This document shows positions 10,400 to 20,499 of a stretch of 46,766 nucleotides of DNA, piece after piece. Each line of letters begins with the position of its first letter. Within the stretch, counting starts at the first letter, position 1. Source of the DNA: Trichomonas gallinae (taxonomy: Eukaryota); NCBI GenBank assembly GCA_008369845.1, contig MRSU01000499.1, positions 1 to 46,766 of the forward strand. The letters are read 5' to 3'. Below the pieces are notes generated by a model. The model saw only the letters and a list, made by a program, of their open reading frames with translations. It had not been told where the DNA came from and made no database searches. Both the position numbers and the translations under genes were made by a program.

Positions 10400-10918
10400 T
10401 TATATATAGAAAATGAAAAATTATATCATATGATAAACTATAGTCTTGATTAGAATATTGCAAATTCACATGAACAAAGATACAAATTTGATGAAAAAAT
10501 ACAAACAAATTTTAATATGAAAAAAATGTACATATTTTCAATGATTTTTGTCAATCTGTTATATTTTGCATACGTTACATATCGTTTTGATATATGTGTT
10601 TTTCTTTGTTTAAGCTTTGTAGCAAAATATATTATAAAATTTCAAAATTTCATTTCATTGACTTCAATTTGGATTGAATAACAATCAATCAGATAAATGG
10701 GATCTAAATTATCGATTTCAATTAATGAAATTATTGAGTTCAATTAGATTTTGTGCAAAAATAATGTCATACAGCGTATATTATTGCTTCATGAAAATCT
10801 CAAATTAATATGATTCAAGATCCAATAGTATATAACCTTTCTCCATGTTCAAATCGAATCTAGCACACCTCTAACTAGAGTATCTCTATATGTCAGTGAT
10901 GAGAGCATTACCATTCAA

Positions 10919-12220
10919 TTAATTTTTAATGTTCTTTTTTTTTTTTTTTTTGGTTTTCGATTTTTGTTTTTTGGTGGATTTCTTCTTTGGCTTCGATATG
11001 CTTTCTGTAGAATATTTATCGTCTTTATATTTGAAGACAATGATTTTTCCCTTCTTACCGACAAATGCTGCTATAACGTACTGAGTATTGTACTGCTCTG
11101 TGTAATCTAGTGTACTTATTGAATCATTAGTAACGAAAGCAATTGAGCTTGTTTTAGTTACGCTTTTCACGTTAATTATTTCTTTTTCTTTTATCTTTGT
11201 TTCTATATTTGTTAAAATCAGAGTATTTCCTGTAAATTGCACCAAGTGCTCATTAGTCACATAATACAGATGATCTTTAATTGCTGGAACTTCAAGTATA
11301 ATTTTATCGTCTGAAATTTCATTTCTTCGAAAAATTTTAATGCTGACTGATTTTATCATAAGATATGAATTTGAGACATCAAAAGCAGTAACACCTTCAT
11401 AAATAAGCTTTAATTGCTTACAATCAGTATTTAATAATGAATTTTCTGACGTTAAAACAAATATCGAATTAGAATCGATTGGATCTGTAACTATACTGAA
11501 TGGATTTGATATATTGACTTCTAATGACGAAGAATCGAAAAATTTCAGAGAATATTTTTTTGCTTCATCGGTTGATATTAAAATAAATTTCTTGCCAAGA
11601 CTTGCAACAGAAACTATATTTTGAATTTTCGAGCCAAATGCATGAAAATACGATGTTTTCTGTTTTCTATCACAAATTATGTAGGTTTTGGTGTCTGTAG
11701 CAAAAGTAAAATGGGGCATTTCTGATTCAAGCAATTGAAATGTGATTAATGGCTTTTTAGGAGCTTGAATTACAATTTTATTTTCACTTTTTGTATTTTT
11801 ACTCTTGATTTCTATTTCAGCTGAAGATGATGATTCTTCTTGTATTACTATTGGTTTTTCATTGTTTTCAGAATCGTATTCTTCATCATATGAATATTCA
11901 TTAATTTCAATTGGAGTACGTGTGTTTTGAACACTAATATTGACTTCTTCATCCGGCACAACTAAATTAAATGCAGCCTTCTTAGGTTTTTCAACAGTTG
12001 GAATTGATATTGGTTTTTGAACAGTAATATTGATCTCTTCATCTGGTACAGATAATTCAAATGCTGCTTTTTTAGGTTTTTCGACAGTGAGAATTGGGAC
12101 TGGTTTTTGAGCTTTGATATTATGTATATTTTGTTGCTTTATTAGATCAGGAAAAAATGTATAAAACCTTTCTGTATCTTTGGCTTGTTCCAGGATTGCC
12201 GACTTCGTCAGCGAATGCAT
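10919..12220 (-). CDS. Hypothetical protein with an internal 30-aa duplication, beta-rich C-terminal half and Lys-rich tail
   Basis: Long ORF; probable start MHSLTKS (ATG 12220; an upstream ATG at 12274 is possible); basic NLS-like C-terminus. Confidence 0.75.
   Translation of the reverse strand: MHSLTKSAILEQAKDTERFYTFFPDLIKQQNIHNIKAQKPVPILTVEKPKKAAFELSVPDEEINITVQKPISIPTVEKPKKAAFNLVVPDEEVNISVQNTRTPIEINEYSYDEEYDSENNEKPIVIQEESSSSAEIEIKSKNTKSENKIVIQAPKKPLITFQLLESEMPHFTFATDTKTYIICDRKQKTSYFHAFGSKIQNIVSVASLGKKFILISTDEAKKYSLKFFDSSSLEVNISNPFSIVTDPIDSNSIFVLTSENSLLNTDCKQLKLIYEGVTAFDVSNSYLMIKSVSIKIFRRNEISDDKIILEVPAIKDHLYYVTNEHLVQFTGNTLILTNIETKIKEKEIINVKSVTKTSSIAFVTNDSISTLDYTEQYNTQYVIAAFVGKKGKIIVFKYKDDKYSTESISKPKKKSTKKQKSKTKKKKKKNIKN
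11930..12109 (-). repeat. Two-copy 90-bp in-frame tandem duplication
   Basis: QKPVPILTVEKPKKAAFELSVPDEEINITV / QKPISIPTVEKPKKAAFNLVVPDEEVNISV. Confidence 0.9.
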
Positions 12221-13110
12221 CCGAAGCAAAAGAGAAAGATTTTTGACAAGTAAATTTGCATTTATATTATACATGACAAATTTTTGTCAAGTAACCCTAA
12301 TGATCAAGATTTCTCGTGAGAATATTTTGGTTGTTACTCGATGTGCAGTAGGTTTTATATATAACTTTTATAGGTAACATATATTGATTTTATGGGCTAC
12401 ATATATATCTATATTGCAATCCTATATATCATAACATAGATATCTATAAATTCGAAAACAATTTATCGAGTTTCTCGAGACTAGATTGAGTTGATGATCA
12501 GCATTTTTTGAACACGATATATATAATCTGTATAAGAAAACTAGTTAAACTAATCAATTTTATTATTTTCTCATATTTCGTAAATATTTTGGTTGTAAGC
12601 TAGTAATTATAACAAAAAGAACTTAAATAACAATATAACATCACCAATATTATGCTATAGATACATAGTTCACGAATGAAATCTTGTTTTGGGAATCAGT
12701 TCAAATTTGATATGGAATAAATTTCAAAATAAAGTCAATTAAATGAAATATCTATAGTTTTAATATATAAATAACAAATAAAATGAAGTTTGAAATTTCT
12801 TTGGCATAATAAATAAAATCACTTCAGGATGAAATATTATTACATAATAAAACATATTTTCATCGAATTTAGCCCGAAATAAAGATAAATCGAAATCCTG
12901 ATTTGCTAACAAATAATTGCTGTTTTTCTTCAACAATTCAACTACTTTACCCATAGACATTCATTGTCTACATATCAACGGCCTCAAAAACAAAAGATTT
13001 GTAAGTTCGCCAATCGCTTAAACAATTTTATTCGGTTTTTTATTATCCTGGTTCAGTATATAAAACAGTTAATACACTTTGATCAGTAAAAAAAGAAAAA
13101 GATTTCTGAC

Positions 13111-13118
13111 AGCGGTTA
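13111..13118 (+). promoter_or_regulatory. Trichomonad core promoter motif M3 (Myb recognition element-like)
   Basis: AGCGGTTA matches DRCSGTTD and begins 23 nt upstream of ATG 13134. Confidence 0.6.
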
Positions 13119-13133
13119 CTTTACTTGATATCA

Positions 13134-13541
13134 ATGAGTGTTGATCCAAGCGTACAGAACGAAATCAAGGAAAAGCAGATCTCCGGCTGCCCAAGCGAGA
13201 ACAAAATCTCCATCGTTATCACAGGCCACAGAGATGATGCTGCTTCAAAGGCCACATTCTACGATTTCACTGCCACACGTGTCGAAAACGGTGCTGAAAA
13301 AACAGCTCAGACAAGCTATCGCTATAGCCAACTTCTTGAATTTAACGAAAAGCTTATCTACAACTATGGTGCAATCCGCTTACTCCGCGTTTTCCCACCA
13401 AAGAAGTTTGTCGGTAACCGTGAAGGCGATTTCATTGTTTTACGTCGTGATGCTATCCAGGAGTGGGCGACTGAACTTTGCTTAGATGAAGAGACATGCG
13501 AAGATAAACTTGTCCTTCAGTTCTTCAAGCTTATCGAGTAA
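13134..13541 (+). CDS. Small PX (phox homology) domain protein
   Basis: YRYSQLLEFNEKL, FPPKK, FIVLRRDAIQEW match the PX pattern (RRYSxF, PxxPxK, FIExRR). ATG at 13134. Confidence 0.88.
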   Translation: MSVDPSVQNEIKEKQISGCPSENKISIVITGHRDDAASKATFYDFTATRVENGAEKTAQTSYRYSQLLEFNEKLIYNYGAIRLLRVFPPKKFVGNREGDFIVLRRDAIQEWATELCLDEETCEDKLVLQFFKLIE

Positions 13542-14092
13542 ATAGTTACTATATTTTAAGTACAATAAAAATCGAAGGCCTAAGAATTTTTAGATTAAAA
13601 GGGAAGTGATTAATTTATAATGACATCCTTTTTTTTACGATAAGACAAAATATAACTTCATAAGCTTTCTTTGTAGCCATAAGCTACTATAATATATAAA
13701 ATTCAAGGTCATAATTCAAAGTTGTCATCAAGATGAAAAATCAATAACAATATTTCAGTAACATATAGACCGAACTCTTGCTTTTCTACACATCAAATCT
13801 TTATTTTCATTGCACGCATTGTTCTTTTTCTGGCTTGCAAAATATCTTCGAGGATTTTTAAAACTACAAGTTTTCGTGGGACATAAGCGTTCCAAATCCA
13901 AAATTACCATGGTAATAAATAAAATCATTGATCTTTACTGATGTTTTATCAAGGAAAATATATCAGATAAATTATATTAACACAAATCATCAAAAATTCA
14001 TTCTCGAATATCTAAAAATTACTGAGTGTTATTGTAAAAATATATGAAATTAAGAATAGATTCAAATTTAATAAAAACATAATATAAAATAG

Positions 14093-15097
14093 TTATTTTT
14101 CTACAAAAATACCGATACCATCTAATGCAGCAGTCCATGCTAGAATGAAAGGAATACACAGAACCATAGTCCAAAAAATCATCGTTGATGCAGCTCCAGC
14201 ACCGAAGCCAGCTGCTTCCGCCATCATATAGCAGCTTGATGCAGTTGGCAGAGTGGACATGATTGTGCAGCACCTTGACAAGAATTTCGAAAGTTTGAAC
14301 ATCCAACATACGAAAGCAACAATAACAGGATACAAAATGAACTTAACAAATATACAGAAGATGAATTGCCACCACGGGCAGGCTATAATAGAGTGACTAG
14401 CAAGGAATCCACCAACACAGAACAGAGCGACAGCTAAAACTCCGTCTGCATCGATCTCTATAACTCTGTCGACATAATTAGGAACTCCTTTGCCTATTGC
14501 GGCTATTATGAAACCAAGAACATCGCCAATTATGATCGGGGATGTAATAAGTCCTTTAATAATGTTCCAGAAGATTATAAAAGAGAACTTTTCCAGTTCT
14601 TCACCTTTTTCTTTGTGAATTTGATTTTTTCGGATGTGGTTGGCAATTCCTGTTTCAACCAGGTAAACAGGAGCTGTAATTAAGTCGTTACTCATAGTAA
14701 TCATCGAAACAATTAAGATGTTTGCTTTCGGCCATATCGATGTGAAGATAGGCAGGCCAACAATGACGTAATTAATGTATATTGAAGGCCAAAATGTAGA
14801 AATATATGTTTCAAATCTGTTTTTGAAAGGAAATGCCATTAATAGTGTTAATATCACTTGTGCTAAGGCTGATGAAACAGCCATGATGAAAAATGGTTTA
14901 AAGTCGAGATCTGCTATAGTTTGGTGTGCAAGGAATCTTAAAACTAATGGGAAGAACATCGCTTGAAAACAAAATTTGTTGATTATAGGTATATATTTCC
15001 CATCCAAGAACTTCAGTTTCACGCACAAGAAGCCTATGATCATCATAGTCAAGATAGAGCAGCCGACGCTTATAACTCGAACGTAATCGAAAGCCAT
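14093..15097 (-). CDS. Auxin efflux carrier (AEC/Mem_trans) family membrane transporter
   Basis: About 10 TM helices in two halves; INKFCFQAMFFP, NYVIVGLPI, ALFCVG, KFILYP, LPTASSCY motifs. Confidence 0.9.
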   Translation of the reverse strand: MAFDYVRVISVGCSILTMMIIGFLCVKLKFLDGKYIPIINKFCFQAMFFPLVLRFLAHQTIADLDFKPFFIMAVSSALAQVILTLLMAFPFKNRFETYISTFWPSIYINYVIVGLPIFTSIWPKANILIVSMITMSNDLITAPVYLVETGIANHIRKNQIHKEKGEELEKFSFIIFWNIIKGLITSPIIIGDVLGFIIAAIGKGVPNYVDRVIEIDADGVLAVALFCVGGFLASHSIIACPWWQFIFCIFVKFILYPVIVAFVCWMFKLSKFLSRCCTIMSTLPTASSCYMMAEAAGFGAGAASTMIFWTMVLCIPFILAWTAALDGIGIFVEK

Positions 15098-15912
15098 AAC
15101 AAAAATTGAATACTGTTAAAATATTTTAACCTCGATGTATTCAATGGATTTTTTGTCATCGTTTACTGTCTTTTGTATATGATTTTTTTGAATCAAATTT
15201 CTCCATTTCAAAAAATTCTAAATGAGGTTAATATGTATTGATCTGATTCTGCCTTTTAAACCAAAAATCGCAAACAGCAACTCATCCCTTATAAATTCAC
15301 AGTGCAAAACAGGGACTCAGACAGTTTTTCATAATATTTGATTTCAAAATATGGCATCATTGGGCTTTTACAATGAATATTCATAATGAGATAAGATTTA
15401 TCAATGATATTATGGGCTCAAAAACGGAATTTAATCTTAAACATAGAGATTGCTTAATCATGATCTCTTTATAAGTCGCTACTTATATAATGCTCAAGCA
15501 TCATGCCGATGATATAAGCGATACACATATTATCCAAGTAAATTATCAATTTTTTTTTTGCTAAAGCGACATATTGGTTGTACATTGTAAACAATCAAGC
15601 ATTGACTGTATGTCAAGCTTTGGACTCAATAATGAAGAAAACGTCAATATTATATAAAATCAAGTAAATAAAATTAGCTTATCCCTCCAACTTTCTGTCT
15701 TTAATAGATAATATTATCACATAATTATCTGCTGGCATTGCTAAAAGTAGATACATTCCATTAAATGATATTGTGGTAAATTTGATATTTACTTGATCAG
15801 ATATTTTATGTATTTGATGTATGATTTTCTACATGTCAAATTCGTTTACAATCAATCTATTACCAGATAAACAACTTTTTACATATTACAAAATTTTGAT
15901 GAGAAATAATGA

Positions 15913-16341
15913 TTATGCTGAGAATGCATACATCTTGGAGATGCAAACACCAGATCCACCAAAGTTTTCTAAGCATCTGACTGTGATATATTCAGCTGTG
16001 ACTGGTTCATCGAGATCGAAGAAATGCTCACCAGCTCTATGCTCTAATGTAACATGCTTAACTACTTTCATGACTTTTGGATCTGTTCCAAGTAAGAATT
16101 GAATCTCTTTTGGATTTTGGTTGTTTTCTCCGTGTAAATATATTCCGACACGACGAATATTGTATTGTTTATCGAATTTCAATGTGAGATGCTGTGGAAG
16201 GCTTTGATAATAGCTGCTAAACCAAACAAAAGTTGGATCGCGGAGCAAAATATTTAAAGCACGACTCTCATGGTGATACTGGGATGAGAATTCATAAACT
16301 GTGGCACCATTTGGACCAACGCAAAGATTTTTGTATTGCAT
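15913..16341 (-). CDS. Small galactose-binding-like / F5/8 type C (discoidin) domain protein
   Basis: SSQY, WFS...LPQHLTLKF, NPKEIQF, YITVRCLENFGG; beta-sandwich pattern similar to IFT25/CEP104-N/APC10-type folds. Confidence 0.75.
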   Translation of the reverse strand: MQYKNLCVGPNGATVYEFSSQYHHESRALNILLRDPTFVWFSSYYQSLPQHLTLKFDKQYNIRRVGIYLHGENNQNPKEIQFLLGTDPKVMKVVKHVTLEHRAGEHFFDLDEPVTAEYITVRCLENFGGSGVCISKMYAFSA

Positions 16342-16502
16342 TGATATATGAAAAAGTCAGGACACACCTATTCAATCACTTCAAAAATTAGGGTCATACA
16401 CCAATTCAATCATATTAATATTAATAATCCTGTGACAGAAATAAAAATTGAAAACAAAGCTCAAAATATTCTTGTGTCAACAGACAGAAAAGTGGTTTTA
16501 CT

Positions 16503-16915
16503 CTATGCTGATTTGTTTATATCCCAATTCTCAAGGCCAATGTCTTCAACTATCGATATGTTTGGAGATAAAATAAAATTGCTCAAATTTGTATCTGAAA
16601 AACTATCTCGCGAAACATATATACGATTTGGTGTTCCGTCAAATATGAGATTTGTCAAAAAATCTGCAATAAAGGCTACGGTTTTTAATAGAGTTCTAAA
16701 TGCGAACGCAAAAGTATCTCATTTGTAAAATATGTACAGTATGAAAATGCATTATTTTTTATCGTTTCCAAATTTTCTGTCAAGTATAACAATTCAAGAC
16801 TTTTTGAAACAAAAATATCCAATAGATGTGATATTCCTAACAACAACGAATGATGATGGGCATGAATCGATGTCATATGATGTAATCGTGCGCAAAAGAA
16901 CGATTGAATATATTT
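16503..16915 (-). pseudogene. Internally deleted, frameshifted paralog of the adjacent BspA gene
   Basis: 16801-16903 closely matches 19451-19553 (VLLRTITSYDIDSCPSSFVVVRNITSIGYFCFK), then stops; next frame SLELLYLTENLETIKNNAFSYC; then LTNLIFDGTPNRIYVSRDSFSDTNLSNFILSPNISIVEDIGLENWDINKS, homologous to LTIFIFEEPSYLDYVERNIFLDTNLTNITLPVNVSSFQDIGIKKWRINES. No ATG. Confidence 0.85.
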
Positions 16916-17193
16916 ATGCTTTTTTTTTAATTTGCTAAATTGTATTCTATTAATTAAGATTTCTTGTTGCTAAATTATATATGAATCATATATTTGAAGT
17001 AATTAATGAGATATATCTTTATAAATGACTATAATTAATTATTTGCATTCAACTTTGATGTAATGCCATTATTTTGAAATACAATCAGCAATATCTATGA
17101 ATAGACATGAAATTATCGAAGTTAATCTTATTAAATTAACAAATAATTTTTTTTTTGAGAGAACTCAATAGATTACCTATATTCGAATTTTTA

Positions 17194-19578
17194 TTATGTT
17201 AAATAAGAAAGCAAGATATATCCTGCCGTGGGTCTCAAAGCAAGATCAAGAAATTCAACTTTGAAATGGTTTTCATCAGCAACAGTTTCTTCCACTTTTA
17301 TTGGTGGATACCATGGAAACAGTTTGTCCTTCGGAACACCTGATGCATAAAGCATTCCAACAACATTAGGTTCGAAATTTTGGACATAAACTTTGTAATT
17401 TCCAGAGTTATCACGAAATGGATTTTTTCCAAATGGAATTGATTTCAAAGTGTTACCGATATAGTAATTATTATTAGTAGTACTAAAAGCTCCTTCATGG
17501 AATTCTTCAACATTGTACATATAAATTGAGGACGGCTTACTTGAATAAAAAGATCCAAAACCAATTATTGGAACATCAACAACAACAACACTACCACTAT
17601 CAATTGGTTGTCTAATCACCATTCCATATTCGATGGATACTAATGTATTGTTATATGTTTTAACATTTTTAGTACTAATACTTGCAATATTTCTAATGCT
17701 ACTTCCATAGAATGTGTATTCGTTGATATGATTTAATATCGATACGTTAAAATATTCTAAGTAGCAAAAAGAGAAAGCACAATAATCTATAATATTCACA
17801 TAATTGACATCAATACGATATAATGAACTCTTTGCAAATGCGTATCTTCCAATTCTATCAATATGCTGAGAGAAAGTGAATGAACCAGCAATATATGTCC
17901 CGTAAAAAGAATAATCATGAATATATTTCACATTTGGATTAAGAATAACTTCATCTAAATATTGTTCTGCAAGAAATACAGTGGAATAATCTTTGCTGTA
18001 AATTAGTTTATCTTGTTTTATCAAGTAATTACTTGATTCATTTATTCTCCATTTTTTTATGCCGATGTCTTGAAAGCTTGAAACATTCACAGGCAAAGTG
18101 ATATTTGTTAAATTAGTATCCAAGAAAATATTCCTTTCAACATAATCAAGATATGAAGGCTCTTCAAATATAAAAATAGTCAATTTTGGATTATGTGAAA
18201 AAGCTTCATCATATATTCTCTCAACAGATCCGGCCAATGTTACTTTTTCTAATTCGGAGATTGTTGAAAATGCTAATCTATGGATTGCCTTTAAACCATC
18301 TGGTAAAACTAATTCTTTGATTTTGCAACCCAAAAAAGCCAATTCACCAATCGATCCAGAATTACTAAACGTAAATTGTAGCTCTGTTAAGTTAATACAA
18401 TGAGTGAAAGCATTTTTCTCAATCACATTGAATATTCTTATCGAAACATTATTCAAATTTTCACAAAAACTAAAAGCAGATTCACCAATTGTATCAATGG
18501 TATCAAAATTTAATAATTCTAGGTTGATGCACTCCCTGAAAGCAAATTTACCAATACTAACAAAAACTGTTGGTAGATATAATTCTTTAATTGCGCTCCC
18601 ATAGAAGCAATAATCGTATATACTTGTAATTGTGTCATCAATATAGATAGAAACATTGCTTCCTCTATAAACTAAAGCTGTTGATCCATTAATAACAAAA
18701 CTATTATTTTCTTTCAAGACAGTGTTTTGAGAATCAATTTTAAAATTGTTCGTGCCAAATTTACAAAATTCAAATAGATTTTTAGGTAATGTCATTGAAT
18801 TAATTTTTGTTGATGCAAAAGCATTGAATCCTATATATTTTAGAGATGATTCTCCTTCAAAATTAACTTCAGTTAAAAGCAAACATTCTCTGAAAGCATA
18901 CTCATAAATATACAGCACAGATGATGGAATTGTTATTTTTAATATAGTAGCGCAACTTTCAAATGCTGATGGGCCAATTGTTTTAACGCCACCACGTAAG
19001 GTTATAGTTGTCATCATATAACATAAAAAGAAAGCATAATTATGTATATTTGTAGTATTTGTTGAAACACTTCTAAGACTTATGCAATCAGAAAATGCTC
19101 TTTCATTTATAGTATGCAAATTCGCTGGAAGATCTAATGTTTCAAGACTTTCACAATAATAAAATGCATATTTTCCAATAGAGTTTATGGAAGATAAATT
19201 TATAGAAGATAAAGAGGAACAAATATAAAAAGCATAGTCATCGATCAGACTTAAATTGTTACATTTAGAAAAATCAATTGATTTTAATCTTGAGCATCTA
19301 TAAAAGGCGGATTTTCCAATGGATTTGAGATATATACAGCCTGTTAAGTCAATTTGAGTGAGTTGTGAGCACTCATAGAATGCATAGTCTCTGATTTCTT
19401 CGAGCAGTGGATTACTGAAAAATTCAACCGTTTTGAGTGTTGATTGACAATTTTTGAAACAAAAATATCCAATAGTTGTGACATTCCTATCAACCTTGAA
19501 TGATGATGGGCATGAATCAATATCGTATGAAGTAATCGTGCGCAAAAGAACGAGAGAAGATAGAATAAGCAAAAACAA
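17194..19578 (-). CDS. BspA-like leucine-rich repeat (TpLRR/LRR_5) surface protein; lacks an ATG at the expected start
   Basis: Many IGxxAFxxCxxL repeats; N-terminal hydrophobic signal; ORF opens with TTG and has an in-frame TAG three codons upstream. Confidence 0.85.
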   Translation of the reverse strand: MFLLILSSLVLLRTITSYDIDSCPSSFKVDRNVTTIGYFCFKNCQSTLKTVEFFSNPLLEEIRDYAFYECSQLTQIDLTGCIYLKSIGKSAFYRCSRLKSIDFSKCNNLSLIDDYAFYICSSLSSINLSSINSIGKYAFYYCESLETLDLPANLHTINERAFSDCISLRSVSTNTTNIHNYAFFLCYMMTTITLRGGVKTIGPSAFESCATILKITIPSSVLYIYEYAFRECLLLTEVNFEGESSLKYIGFNAFASTKINSMTLPKNLFEFCKFGTNNFKIDSQNTVLKENNSFVINGSTALVYRGSNVSIYIDDTITSIYDYCFYGSAIKELYLPTVFVSIGKFAFRECINLELLNFDTIDTIGESAFSFCENLNNVSIRIFNVIEKNAFTHCINLTELQFTFSNSGSIGELAFLGCKIKELVLPDGLKAIHRLAFSTISELEKVTLAGSVERIYDEAFSHNPKLTIFIFEEPSYLDYVERNIFLDTNLTNITLPVNVSSFQDIGIKKWRINESSNYLIKQDKLIYSKDYSTVFLAEQYLDEVILNPNVKYIHDYSFYGTYIAGSFTFSQHIDRIGRYAFAKSSLYRIDVNYVNIIDYCAFSFCYLEYFNVSILNHINEYTFYGSSIRNIASISTKNVKTYNNTLVSIEYGMVIRQPIDSGSVVVVDVPIIGFGSFYSSKPSSIYMYNVEEFHEGAFSTTNNNYYIGNTLKSIPFGKNPFRDNSGNYKVYVQNFEPNVVGMLYASGVPKDKLFPWYPPIKVEETVADENHFKVEFLDLALRPTAGYILLSYLT

Positions 19579-19970
19579 AATATTCTAGAGCAAATTTAAT
19601 GTCAAACTTATCGATTTTTATCAAAATATGTATTCATCAGGTTACATCTATTGATATTTTATAGATTTATATAGATTAAGAGTAAAACAAATTCATTAAC
19701 CAATGTATCATATATTGAGTTATATTATGAATACGAATGAAATAATTGATTTAAATTTTCAACCAACTTTAGTATTGAATTTGCGAAACATTCAAAATTC
19801 TCTGTAAAAATTCGTTTATGTTTTTGTATGTTTTTATTTAATAAAATTATTATATGCTTCTTGTTGTAAACATTGGAAGTTTACAATAAGAATTTTTCAT
19901 TTTTATTAGAAAACCTTAATGATCAATTGATGGTTACTTATCTTCATTGATAAAAAACTATTTTCAGACA

Positions 19971-20325
19971 TTATTTGGAATTAGGAATGTTGTGTGCCAA
20001 AAAGAGAGACGAAAAGTGACATGTTATGCCAAAATTGACATTCTGACACGTCATTTTTCGTTACTCTTTTTTGCACACAGCAATTTAGAATAAGGAATAA
20101 AAGATTATTATTCCAACCATTTGTCGGTTATTCCTATTGAAAACTGATTCCAAATTTTGTATACTTTATTCCTAACTCCAAATTATTGGTAATTCCAAAT
20201 AATTTGGATATGCGCAGATTGTCACTTTTTGGACGAATTCGGCATTTGGAATAAAGTTCATTATTCCAAATTCGACTTAATTCCAAATTATAGTATTATT
20301 TCAAATTCACTTTATTCGAATAAAG
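19971..20325. mobile_element. Fold-back / MITE-like region: 39-bp imperfect inverted repeat plus many TTATTCCAAAT-like motifs in both orientations
   Basis: Arms 19988-20026 and 20044-20082; 19971-19988 is also inverted relative to 20168-20185; about ten TTCCAAA/TTTGGAA-like motifs. Confidence 0.5.
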
Positions 20326-20499
20326 TCATGGTGATTCCATTCATCATGCCATTTTGGACGATAATTTCCACAATTTTTTAAGTTATCAAGTTAACATCAT
20401 ATCAATTTTTTACTCATGAATATTTCTTTGTATATAATATCTTTGATGATGAATGTATAAATTATAAAATAAACTAAAAAATATTTAAAATAAACTAGA

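Noticed and set aside
10345..10400. Hammerhead ribozyme or canonical C/D snoRNA on the plus strand
   Set aside because: Core reads AUGAUGA and GAAC rather than CUGAUGA and GAAA; no CUGA D box downstream of the C-like box.
10218..10508. 96-aa Phe-rich ORF
   Set aside because: Openness is explained by the polypyrimidine tract; TTG start; only the shorter ATG version is kept as an alternative hypothesis.
12760..12960. 66-aa ORF, possible gene remnant
   Set aside because: No diagnostic motif; cannot be distinguished from a chance ORF without a search.
16348..16728. 126-aa plus-strand ORF
   Set aside because: Largely the antisense shadow of the BspA pseudogene on the minus strand; starts 7 nt from the divergent gene's ATG; no recognisable domain.
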